Source: Candidatus Limiplasma stercoravium
GTDB lineage: Bacteria; Bacillota; Clostridia; Christensenellales; Aristaeellaceae
NCBI GenBank assembly: GCA_018715175.1
Contig: DVME01000102.1
Coordinates: 69 to 64,068, forward strand
DNA length: 64,000 nucleotides
Direction: 5' to 3'
This document shows positions 42,270-50,954 of the stretch, piece by piece (the first letter of the stretch is position 1; every line of letters starts with the position of its first letter). Position numbers and translations under genes: made by a program. Below the pieces are notes generated by a model. That model was not told the DNA's origin and made no database searches. It saw only the letters and a list, made by a program, of their open reading frames with translations.

Positions 42270-44085
42270 TGCCCCCCGTCGCGGGCCCAGCATGCCTCCG
42301 GGCGTCGGCGAGCGCGCCAAGGATTTCAGCGGAACGCTGCGCAAACTCTCTAAGCAGCTGGGGCGGTTTCGCATCAGTTTGGCGGGCGTCGTGGCGCTGA
42401 GCGCGGGAAGCGCCGTTTTCAGCATCATTGGGCCCAAGAAGATGGGCGAAATCACCACCGAGATTTTTGCCGGCCTGATGCGCAGGCTCAGCGGAGGCAG
42501 CGGTATTGACTATGAGCAAATCGCCCGGCTTTTGCTGGTGCTGTTGGGCTTGTATGCGCTCAGCGCCTTGATGAGCTTTTTGCAAAGCTTCATCATGGCC
42601 GGGGTCAGCCAGCGGCTGAGCTATGACCTGCGCAAGCGCCTGGCCGCCAAGGTGCATCGCTTGCCCATGAGCTACTTTGACCGCGTAACCCACGGTGAAA
42701 TCCTCAGCCGCGTCACCAACGACGTTGATACCCTGGGCCAGAGCATGAGCCAGAGCCTTTCGCAAATCGTCAGCTCGCTAACCACGGCCATCGGCGTTTT
42801 GGCGATGATGTTTAGCATCAGTTGGCAAATGACGCTGGTCGCGCTGTGCATTTTGCCGCTGAGCGGCCTGCTAATGGGCGTCGTCATTAAAAAAAGCCAG
42901 AAGTACTTTGTCGGGCAGCAGCGGTATCTAGGCGAGGTCAACGGCCAAGTCGAGGAAATTTTCAGCGGCCACGGCGTGGTCAAGGCCTTCAACGCGCAAG
43001 ACCGCGTTTCCCAGGCCTTTGACAAAACCAACGACAAGCTGCACCGTTCGGCCTGGAAGTCGCAGTTTCTCTCGGGCCTGATGCACCCGATCATGAGCTT
43101 CATCGGCAACCTGGGGTATGTGGCGGCGGTGGTGATGGGCGCGGCCTACGCCGCCTCCGGCGCGATCACCGTGGGCGATATCCAGAGCTTCATCCAATAC
43201 GTCCGCAGCTTCAACCAGCCCATTTCCCAAATCGGGCAGATTGCCAACGTGCTGCAAAGCACCATGGCTGCCGCCGAGCGCGTGTTTGAATTCCTTGACG
43301 AGCCCGAGGAAGCCCCCAGCGTTCCCAATCCCGTCAGCATCGAGGGCATCCGCGGCGAGGTCACGTTCGACCACGTGCGCTTTGGTTACACGCCCGATCG
43401 CACCATCATCCACGACTTTTCCGCAACCGTGCGCCCGGGCCAGAAAGTGGCCATCGTTGGGCCCACGGGCGCCGGCAAGACCACGATGGTTCGCCTGCTC
43501 ATGCGCTTTTACGACGTGACCGGCGGGCGGATCCTGATCGACGGACACGACATCCGCGACTTTGACCGCGACGAGCTGCGGCTGCTGTTTGGCATGGTGC
43601 TTCAGGATACCTGGCTGTTTGGCGGCACCATCGGCGAGAACATCCGTTACGGACGCCTGGACGCCACGGACGAAGAAGTGATGGCCGCTGCGCGCGCAGC
43701 GCACGCGCATCACTTCATCAAGACGCAGCCGGGCGGCTACAACATGGTGCTCAACGAGGAATCCAGCAACATTTCTCAGGGGCAAAAACAATTGCTCACC
43801 ATTGCGCGCGCAATCCTGGCCAATCCCAAGATTCTCATTCTCGACGAGGCCACCAGCTCCGTGGACACGCGCACGGAAGCCTATGTGCAAAAGGGCATGG
43901 ACGAGCTGACGCGCGGCCGCACGAGCTTTGTGATCGCCCACCGGCTTTCCACCATCCGCGACGCCGACCTCATTTTGGTCATGCGCGACGGCGACATCGT
44001 GGAGCAGGGAACACACGAGGAGCTCCTGGCCCTGGGCGGGTTTTACAAGGAGTTGTACCAGGCGCAATTTGAAAAGGCGGCATAA
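42253..44085 (+). CDS. ABC exporter half-transporter (partner subunit)
   Basis: GTG start after AAGGAGGAG that overlaps the upstream gene. Walker A GPTGAGKTT, signature ISQGQKQLLTIARA, Walker B ILILDEATSSVD. Confidence 0.9.
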   Translation: MERKHNAPRRGPSMPPGVGERAKDFSGTLRKLSKQLGRFRISLAGVVALSAGSAVFSIIGPKKMGEITTEIFAGLMRRLSGGSGIDYEQIARLLLVLLGLYALSALMSFLQSFIMAGVSQRLSYDLRKRLAAKVHRLPMSYFDRVTHGEILSRVTNDVDTLGQSMSQSLSQIVSSLTTAIGVLAMMFSISWQMTLVALCILPLSGLLMGVVIKKSQKYFVGQQRYLGEVNGQVEEIFSGHGVVKAFNAQDRVSQAFDKTNDKLHRSAWKSQFLSGLMHPIMSFIGNLGYVAAVVMGAAYAASGAITVGDIQSFIQYVRSFNQPISQIGQIANVLQSTMAAAERVFEFLDEPEEAPSVPNPVSIEGIRGEVTFDHVRFGYTPDRTIIHDFSATVRPGQKVAIVGPTGAGKTTMVRLLMRFYDVTGGRILIDGHDIRDFDRDELRLLFGMVLQDTWLFGGTIGENIRYGRLDATDEEVMAAARAAHAHHFIKTQPGGYNMVLNEESSNISQGQKQLLTIARAILANPKILILDEATSSVDTRTEAYVQKGMDELTRGRTSFVIAHRLSTIRDADLILVMRDGDIVEQGTHEELLALGGFYKELYQAQFEKAA

Positions 44086-44090
44086 TCCTT

Positions 44091-44133
44091 GCGGCCGCGC
44101 CCCACGCGTTTGGCGGGCGCGGCCGCGTTTTGT
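44091..44133 (+). terminator. Rho-independent terminator after the ABC exporter operon
   Basis: 12-bp GC stem: GCGGCCGCGCCC (44091..44102) pairs with GGGCGCGGCCGC (44115..44126). It is followed by GTTTTGT. Confidence 0.8.
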
Positions 44134-44147
44134 CCCGCAAAATCTGC

Positions 44148-44176
44148 TTGTGATGGCAATTCCCCTATGCTATAAT
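44148..44176 (+). promoter_or_regulatory. Promoter of rex (TTGTGA-17-TATAAT)
   Basis: TTGTGA at 44148..44153 and TATAAT at 44171..44176. Confidence 0.55.
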
Positions 44177-44266
44177 ACAAATTGGCTTTTTGCGGCCTCT
44201 TGAACGCGCGGGACATGCCTTGCGCTGTTTTGGGGGCTGTCCGCATGGAATGGAGGAACGCGCGTC

Positions 44267-44896
44267 ATGGCAGGATATATCTCGGAAGCGGTCATCAAGC
44301 GGCTTCCCGCCTACTACAGACATCTCAAAGAGTTGGAAAAGGAAGGCGTTTTGCAGATTTCCTCGCAGGAGCTGGGCCAGCGCATGCGGCTGACGGCATC
44401 GCAGATCCGGCAGGACATCAACAGCTTCGGCGGTATCGGACGCCAGGGCTACGGCTACTCGGTCGCCGGATTGCGCGAGCACATCGGCCGCACGCTCGGA
44501 GTAGACCGGCAGCACCACCTCATCATTATTGGCGCGGGCAACATCGGCCGCGCGGTGGCCCTGTCGGACTCCTTTGCCAAGAACAACTTTGTGACCGACG
44601 CCGTGTTTGACGACGATCCGCAAAAAATCGGCGTCTGCATCGGTGAAATGCAGGTGCAAGATGTCCGGCTTGCCAAACGTTATATTCAGGAACATCCGGT
44701 GGATATCGCGGTGCTGGCGGTTCCGGTCGACGGCGCGCAGCGTTTGGTGGAAGAATTGTTCGCCTGCGGTGTGCGCGGCTTTTGGAACTTTGCGCCCGTG
44801 GATCTCAAGCTGCCAGACGGCGCCTGCGCCGTTAACGTACATCTGGACGAAGGCTTGGAAGTGCTTAGCTACCGCATGCTCAACCATCAGCCGTAA
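44267..44896 (+). CDS. rex: Redox-sensing transcriptional repressor Rex
   Basis: N-terminal blocks VIKRLPAYYRHLKEL and SSQELGQRMRLTASQIRQDINSFG. Rossmann motif IIIGAGNIGRA. Confidence 0.9.
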   Translation: MAGYISEAVIKRLPAYYRHLKELEKEGVLQISSQELGQRMRLTASQIRQDINSFGGIGRQGYGYSVAGLREHIGRTLGVDRQHHLIIIGAGNIGRAVALSDSFAKNNFVTDAVFDDDPQKIGVCIGEMQVQDVRLAKRYIQEHPVDIAVLAVPVDGAQRLVEELFACGVRGFWNFAPVDLKLPDGACAVNVHLDEGLEVLSYRMLNHQP

Positions 44897-44908
44897 GGAG
44901 GTTTTCCC

Positions 44909-46717
44909 TTGCCAAGCAAGCGCAGCGGCGCGGCTTCGGCCGGCAGCGCGTCACAGGACGCGCAAAAGCTTATTGTCAACGAAAGCGGCGCTTTCGCGGC
45001 GCCAGCCAGCCTCGAAACGCTTCAGCATTCCAGCCTGCTTTCGGATTCTAACGAGGCATCCTCCTACTTTGACGACGACCCGTCCTGGCGCGATTCGGTA
45101 TCCGACGTGCCCGTCCAATCGCGCGCGCCGTCAGCTTCGCCGCCTCGCCAGGCTTCCCCTTTGCCCCGGCAGCCCATTGGCCGCACGCAAACCAAGCCCG
45201 CCGCGCCGCCGGCACGCGAGCGCGACAGTCGCAGGGGCGGCGGCGCCAAGGCGTATCTGTATGTGGCGGTAATCGCGCTGAGCTTGTTGGGCGTGATGGT
45301 GCTGGGCGTGGTGATGATGCCGCAGATGGCGGGTTACTTCTGGAAGGACTTTGACAACTTTGCCTTTATCAACGGCGAGCTTTTGCGCTACGACGCCGAT
45401 GTCGTGGCAACCTATAAGCAGTACCGCGCCTACATGGACCGGGATGTCATTTACCCCGGCATCTTTATCGACGGCATCCACGTGGGCGACATGACGATGG
45501 AGCAGGCGCGGGAAGCCGTGGGCGAAACGCAGCTGGACGCGCAAAACGCCTTTGACGTGACGGTGGTCATCGGCAATCTCAGCCGCACCATCAACCCCAG
45601 CAATGTGCCGGCCCAGCGCAACCTGGGCAATGTGCTGGAGCGCGCCTACGCCATTGGACGCACCAATACCTCGGCGCTGCAAACCTCCACACCTTTTCGG
45701 GAGCGGCTGGACACGGCGCTGAATCTGCGCACCAGCGGCGTCAACCTCACCACCACCGCCAGCTACGACCATGACGCCGTGCGCGCTATCGTCGATGAAA
45801 TCGCCGCCTACGTCACCCGCGATCCGGTGGATGCGCAAATTCTGTCGTTTGACTACAACACGCGCACGTTTTCCTTCACCGACTCGCAGCCCGGCGTCAC
45901 CCTGGACGCCGACCTGCTTTATGAGCGCGTGACCGAGGCCCTGGATCGCTGGGAGAGCGGCGTCACGGTCACGGTGGATCCCATCGTCACAGAGCCTTCG
46001 ATCACAAAGGAATTCTTGGCGAAAAACTTTACCTTGGTAGCGGCCTATACCACGACCACCACCAGCGATTCCGATCGCAACACCAATATCGACCTCGCAT
46101 GCAAGGCCATCAACGGCACCGCGCTCCTGCCTGGAGAAACCTTCAGTTTTAACGATATGACTGGACAGCGCACCACGGACAAAGGCTACAAATCCGCCGG
46201 CGCAATCTCCGGCGGAAAAAGCATCGACGAGGTGGGCGGCGGCATCTGCCAGGTGTCCTCTACCCTGTTCAACGCCGTGGCAAGGGCCAATCTGGAAATC
46301 GTGGAGCGCAGTCCGCACGCCTGGCCCAGCACCTACGTCAACATCGGCGAAGATGCAACCGTTAACTGGCCCAACCTGGACTTCAAGTTCAAGAACAACA
46401 CCGACAGCCCCATCTTTATCATCACCTATTACGACAACCGCAAGATGAGCGCGGAAATCTGGGGCATGTCCCTTGGCGAGGGCGTCACCATTGATTTGGA
46501 AAGCACCGTGGTACGCACCATCGACCCGCCGGTGGAAGTCAAATACGTCCAGAACTCCAGCCTTCCTTACGGCACCAGCGAGGTGACCGTGAAGTCGCGC
46601 ACCGGCTACGTGGTGGACACCTACAAGGTCTGGAAGCTCAACGGCCAGGAAACCAGCCGCGAATTGCTGCACACCAGCACCTACAAGGCGTACCAGCAGG
46701 TGGTGGAATACAACTAA
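44909..46717 (+). CDS. VanW-family protein with N-terminal membrane anchor
   Basis: TTG start after AAGGAGG. TM helix YLYVAVIALSLLGVMVLGVVMM. VanW-core block GGGICQVSSTLFNAV. Confidence 0.8.
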   Translation: MPSKRSGAASAGSASQDAQKLIVNESGAFAAPASLETLQHSSLLSDSNEASSYFDDDPSWRDSVSDVPVQSRAPSASPPRQASPLPRQPIGRTQTKPAAPPARERDSRRGGGAKAYLYVAVIALSLLGVMVLGVVMMPQMAGYFWKDFDNFAFINGELLRYDADVVATYKQYRAYMDRDVIYPGIFIDGIHVGDMTMEQAREAVGETQLDAQNAFDVTVVIGNLSRTINPSNVPAQRNLGNVLERAYAIGRTNTSALQTSTPFRERLDTALNLRTSGVNLTTTASYDHDAVRAIVDEIAAYVTRDPVDAQILSFDYNTRTFSFTDSQPGVTLDADLLYERVTEALDRWESGVTVTVDPIVTEPSITKEFLAKNFTLVAAYTTTTTSDSDRNTNIDLACKAINGTALLPGETFSFNDMTGQRTTDKGYKSAGAISGGKSIDEVGGGICQVSSTLFNAVARANLEIVERSPHAWPSTYVNIGEDATVNWPNLDFKFKNNTDSPIFIITYYDNRKMSAEIWGMSLGEGVTIDLESTVVRTIDPPVEVKYVQNSSLPYGTSEVTVKSRTGYVVDTYKVWKLNGQETSRELLHTSTYKAYQQVVEYN

Positions 46718-46720
46718 CGC

Positions 46721-48277
46721 CTATTCCCGGCGCAAGTCGTCCACCTGTTCGGCGATGAGTTCCGCGCCGTCCTGTCCCTCAAAAACAACGTTGTACAGCG
46801 CCAAATGCACAACATTCAACGCCATCAGCCCTTGTCTGGCGCAGGGCTCAACCCCGTCGGCCATGGCAGGCGCCATGGGCGGCGCGTCGGGCGCAAAGGA
46901 GAAGCGAACGTCGCTAAGCTCCACGCGCTCGATTTTCTTTTCCGGCAAGCCCAGCAAATACCCAGCGCACGCGCCGCAACCCAGCGCTGTTACGCGCGAA
47001 AAAGCAATGCGGCCCACGCGCGGCGTGCGCTCGTCCACCGGCTGCGCATCCCGGCTTTGAACATAGGGCGTATGACCGTCGGGATCGCAAAAATACATTT
47101 CGTTGACCACCAGGGGAGCGCTGACGCGCTCCATTTTGACATCCTCAAATACGATGCCGTCCACCACGCCCCATTTGCCGCGGCCACGCCGGGTTTTGAT
47201 GCGAAGGCCGCGGTCGGTGCGGCGCATCAGGCAATGATGCACGCGCACATCCTTGACGCCGCCGGCCATTTCGCTGCCGATGGTCACGCCCCCGTGCCCG
47301 TTTTCCATCAGGCAATGCATGATTTCAACGTTCTCGCACGGCGTTTGACGGGCGCAGCCCATGTAGAGCTTGCCAGATTTGATGGCCACGCAGTCGTCGC
47401 CCAACGAAAACCGGCATCCGGCCGCCAAAACGCCCTGGCAGCTTTCCGGGTCAAAGCCGTCGGTATTGGGGCTGTCGGCTGGCGCGGTCACAAAGAGATC
47501 CAGGAACCGCAGGTTTTGGCTGAAATACGGATGCAGGTTCCATGACGGGCTGTTGGCAAAGCACAGGCCCATGACCGTAACGTCGCGGCACCGGCATAAA
47601 AACAGCAGTCTTCCGCGCCAAGCGCCGCGGCGAACCTTTGGGTTTTGCCACCAGTCGCCCAGCTGCGCGCATCCGTCCGCCAGGCCCGGGCCGTACAGGT
47701 GTACGTCCTCCACCTCCACGCCGTTGAGCAAAGCGGCATACATGTCCAGCGGATTGCCTTCCCAGGCGCCCAGGTCGTACTCGCCGGCCTCATCGGTGGC
47801 CAAGGTCAGCCCTGGAAGAATGGGAAACCGGCTTCGCTCGGTCCAAAGCCGCAGCGCCGCGCCCTCCTGGAACTCAACTCGGACATGGCTTTTGAGAAAC
47901 AGCGGCCCCACGGCATACTCTCCCCGGGGAATCAGCACCCGTCCGCCCGGCGGACAGCAGGCGATGGCGGCTTGCAGGGCCGGCGTATCATCGTGCATGC
48001 CGTCGCCCAACGCGCCCATGCGCCGCACGTCCAGCGTGACCGACTCCGCCAGCGTTGTGAAGGAAAGCCTGGCCTCGCAAGCGTCGCCGTCCCAGGCGCA
48101 TAGCTCGTAAGCGGTGGCCGGCCACAACCCGTACAACGACGTGACCACCCTGCCGGTTTCGCCCCAGGGTTTTCCGTTGAGGGTCAGGCGATAGGGGCGA
48201 AGCGTTTCATAGAGGCCGCCATCCATCAAGGCGACCGAGGCCGCCCGCCCGGTCACAAACAAGCATTGGATATTCAT
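46721..48277 (-). CDS. GH28 polygalacturonase-family glycoside hydrolase (no signal peptide)
   Basis: GH28 signature blocks are present: NTDGFDP, GDDCVAIKSG, GHGGVTIGSE and RGLRIKT. Starts MNIQCLF. Confidence 0.85.
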   Translation of the reverse strand: MNIQCLFVTGRAASVALMDGGLYETLRPYRLTLNGKPWGETGRVVTSLYGLWPATAYELCAWDGDACEARLSFTTLAESVTLDVRRMGALGDGMHDDTPALQAAIACCPPGGRVLIPRGEYAVGPLFLKSHVRVEFQEGAALRLWTERSRFPILPGLTLATDEAGEYDLGAWEGNPLDMYAALLNGVEVEDVHLYGPGLADGCAQLGDWWQNPKVRRGAWRGRLLFLCRCRDVTVMGLCFANSPSWNLHPYFSQNLRFLDLFVTAPADSPNTDGFDPESCQGVLAAGCRFSLGDDCVAIKSGKLYMGCARQTPCENVEIMHCLMENGHGGVTIGSEMAGGVKDVRVHHCLMRRTDRGLRIKTRRGRGKWGVVDGIVFEDVKMERVSAPLVVNEMYFCDPDGHTPYVQSRDAQPVDERTPRVGRIAFSRVTALGCGACAGYLLGLPEKKIERVELSDVRFSFAPDAPPMAPAMADGVEPCARQGLMALNVVHLALYNVVFEGQDGAELIAEQVDDLRRE

Positions 48278-48284
48278 GGGCGCC

Positions 48285-49376
48285 TCACTCCCCCATCCGC
48301 AGCCGCTGCGCATAAGCCATCATGAACGGCCCGACGCCCTTGCTGTCGTCGCAAGCGCGCGGCTCGCTGAGATAGTAGGCCACCGACCCGTCGCGCTTTT
48401 CGCCGGGGCCAAGCCCTGCGACCAGGCAAATGTCGTGCAGCCGCACCACGCCATCCTTGTCGGCATAGAGCTTGTCCGAAACCAAGCTGTCAAACGCCTT
48501 GGCCCCCAGCGCCGCATAGCGGCCCTGCAGCAAGGCTCCCATGCGCTCGCCCTTCATCAGCGCATAGGCGATCATCGCGGATCCTGAGGTTTCCAGATAG
48601 TTCCCCGCTACGTCCGCGCGGTCGATCACCTGATAGAACAGCCCGGTCTTGGGGTCTTGGTAGCGCAGAATGCCCCGGATGGCCTCGCGGAAAATGGCCT
48701 CCAACGCCTTGTAATGCTCGAAGAGCTGCTCGTTCATGCCGTCCATGCAGTCCACCAGCGCCATCAGGTACCAGCCCATGGAACGAAGCCAAAAATTGGG
48801 CGAGCAGCCGGTTTGTTTGTTGGCCCAGGGCTGTACGCGCGCCTCGTCGTACGCGTGATAGCAAAGGCCCTTCGCTTCGTCGAAAAGAAATTTGCGCACG
48901 TTTTGAAACTGCATAACGATATCGGCCACCTTGCGCATGCCGCCAAAGCGCATTTCATAGGCCATGACAAACGGCTGGGCCATGTACAATCCGTCCAGCC
49001 AGATTTGGTTGGGGTAGATGGATTTATGCCAATAGTTTCCGCATTGGCATCGGGGATGCTGCCTAAGGCGCTCCATGTGCCATTCAATGGCCTTGCGGTA
49101 GCGTTCGTCGCCAGTTTGATCCAGCGCGAAAAAGAGCGTCTTGCCGGTGTTAATGCTGTCGATGTTGTACTGCCCGCGCTCATAGGTGGGGATGTCTCCG
49201 TCCGGCATGACGCGCTGGGAAAGGTAGTCAAGGACGAAATCGCAGTAGCGCGCGTCCTTGGTTGCCTGGAAGAGATGGACGCAACCGATGAGCACGCATC
49301 CGTCCTCATAGTTCCAATAGGGCTTGTAGGGCTTGTACCGGGCCAAGAAACCGTCAATGTACGCCTTCACATCCAT
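48285..49376 (-). CDS. GH105 unsaturated rhamnogalacturonyl hydrolase (YteR/YesR-like)
   Basis: Blocks WNYEDGCVLIG, IWLDGLYMAQPF and SGSAMIAYALMKG are typical of the GH88/GH105 (alpha/alpha)6 hydrolases. Confidence 0.85.
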   Translation of the reverse strand: MDVKAYIDGFLARYKPYKPYWNYEDGCVLIGCVHLFQATKDARYCDFVLDYLSQRVMPDGDIPTYERGQYNIDSINTGKTLFFALDQTGDERYRKAIEWHMERLRQHPRCQCGNYWHKSIYPNQIWLDGLYMAQPFVMAYEMRFGGMRKVADIVMQFQNVRKFLFDEAKGLCYHAYDEARVQPWANKQTGCSPNFWLRSMGWYLMALVDCMDGMNEQLFEHYKALEAIFREAIRGILRYQDPKTGLFYQVIDRADVAGNYLETSGSAMIAYALMKGERMGALLQGRYAALGAKAFDSLVSDKLYADKDGVVRLHDICLVAGLGPGEKRDGSVAYYLSEPRACDDSKGVGPFMMAYAQRLRMGE

Positions 49377-49394
49377 GCGCTTCGCTCCCCCTTG

Positions 49395-49412
49395 TGTGTA
49401 AGCTCTTACACA
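49395..49412 (-). promoter_or_regulatory. cre-like / LacI-type operator palindrome TGTGTAAGCTCTTACACA in the GH105 leader
   Basis: Perfect 8+2+8 palindrome about 20 nt upstream of the GH105 start. The core TGTAAGCTCTTACA fits the cre consensus TGWNANCGNTNWCA except at the central G. A related site lies at 59836..59849. Confidence 0.45.
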
Positions 49413-49547
49413 TTATTCTCAAGATAGTGAAACCGTTATTATAACAGCTATGTTATTATAGGCATTTGATACCTCAATTTCGTGTAAGTACTTTCTTCCA
49501 TCGAACAACTGAGGTATAATGAGGTTGCCGACCTTGACGAAAGCGAG

Positions 49548-50954
49548 ATGACGTTTGCCGTGAAGCGTGCCGACAACACCCGGCAAATCCTGGAGGGCAA
49601 CCTGCTGCGCGCCATGCTCTCCATTGCCGTGCCGGTGGTGGTCAACAGCTTTTTGCAGACCCTCTACAACCTCACCGACACCTATTGGCTGGGACAAATC
49701 GGCAAGGAGCCGCTGGCCGCCATCAACCTAGTCACCCCTGTGCAAAACATCGTCATCGGCTTTGGCGGTGGGTTGACCGTGGCGACCGCGGTCATGGTGT
49801 CCCAGTACATCGGCGCTCGAATGCAAACAGAGGCGCGGCGCATGGCCAACCAAATTTTCGCCTGCGCCATGGGCTTTTCCTTGCTGTGCGCGGGCGCGCT
49901 GGCTGCCGTGACGCCCCTGCTGGTCTCCTGGTTGGGCGCGAACGGCGAAACCTACCGGCATGCCGTAAGCTACCTGCGCATCGCCATTACCGACATGCCC
50001 TTTCTTTTCATCGTCAATCTTTATCAAGCCGTCCGTCAGGCGCAGGGCGATACCGTGCGGCCCGTGGCCCTCAACCTTCTGGGCATCGCCGTCAACATGA
50101 TTCTCGACCCGGTGCTGATGGTTGTATGGCGCTTGGGCGCGGCGGGCGCCGCGCTTGCGACCGTCCTGGCCAAAGGGGTTCCCGCGGCCATCGCGCTGGT
50201 TTTGCTGTCCCGCCGGGACGAGCTGACGCGCCTGAATGTGCGCCTGATGAAGCCCGAGCGCGAAAACCTCCGCGCCATCGTACGCATCGGCCTGCCCACG
50301 GCGCTGGGCGGAAGCACCATGCAGCTTGGCTTTTTGCTGATGAGCCGCAGCGTATACGCATACGGCGTAGACGCCATGGCCGCTTACGGCATCGGCAACA
50401 AGGTCAACGGCTTGATCTCCCTCCCTTCCAACGCCATCGGCTCGGCGGTGAGCACCATCGTGGGCCAAAACATGGGCGCTCGCCAGCCGCAGCGCGCTTG
50501 GCAATGTTACCGTGTGGCATCCGTGGCTTCGGTGGCGTTCCTGTTTGTGGGCGGGCTGATCCTCTCCCGTCCGGCCGTGTCCACAGCCATCGTGAGCATC
50601 TTTTCCAATGACGCGTCCGTCATTGGCATGGCTGCTGACTTCCTGAGCATCATGGCCTTCTGGTGTTGGACAAACGGCATCTACAACGCCGCAACCGGCC
50701 TGTTCCAAGGCGCCGGGCATACGCAGGTCACCATGGCCGTCAGCGCGTCCCGGCTTTGGGTGTTTCGCTTTGCCACGCTCTATGTCTGCGAGCATATGCT
50801 GAACATGGGCGTGCGCAGCGTCTGGTATTCCGTGGTCGTTTCCAACGGGATCAGCACGGTTCTTCTTTTCGCGCTGGCTTTGAGCGGCCTATGGCGCAAA
50901 AACCGCCTCCGTTTGAACGAGGATCAGGCGTGTGCGCAGAACCATCCGTCGTAA
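49548..50954 (+). CDS. MATE-family efflux transporter
   Basis: 468 aa with 12 TM-like segments. N-terminus LLRAMLSIAVPVVVNSFLQTLYNLTDTYWLGQIG is typical of MATE/NorM. Confidence 0.85.
   Translation: MTFAVKRADNTRQILEGNLLRAMLSIAVPVVVNSFLQTLYNLTDTYWLGQIGKEPLAAINLVTPVQNIVIGFGGGLTVATAVMVSQYIGARMQTEARRMANQIFACAMGFSLLCAGALAAVTPLLVSWLGANGETYRHAVSYLRIAITDMPFLFIVNLYQAVRQAQGDTVRPVALNLLGIAVNMILDPVLMVVWRLGAAGAALATVLAKGVPAAIALVLLSRRDELTRLNVRLMKPERENLRAIVRIGLPTALGGSTMQLGFLLMSRSVYAYGVDAMAAYGIGNKVNGLISLPSNAIGSAVSTIVGQNMGARQPQRAWQCYRVASVASVAFLFVGGLILSRPAVSTAIVSIFSNDASVIGMAADFLSIMAFWCWTNGIYNAATGLFQGAGHTQVTMAVSASRLWVFRFATLYVCEHMLNMGVRSVWYSVVVSNGISTVLLFALALSGLWRKNRLRLNEDQACAQNHPS

Noticed and set aside
44141-44200. 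I looked for an autoregulatory Rex operator at the rex promoter, since TTGTGA is present as the -35.
   Set aside because: No matching inverted half-site is found within the expected spacing.
49435-49460. A direct repeat GTTATTATA-N8-GTTATTATA, considered as an AraC/YesS binding site.
   Set aside because: On the minus strand each copy simply reads TATAAT(AAC), so they are more economically explained as alternative -10 hexamers. No similar repeat occurs in the SBP operon promoter region.
50924-50954. Convergent genes overlapping at their 3' ends with no terminator (also at 4919..4922, 18870..18880 and 62240..62245).
   Set aside because: This is common in compact GC-rich genomes. There is nothing to suggest regulation beyond possible transcriptional interference.
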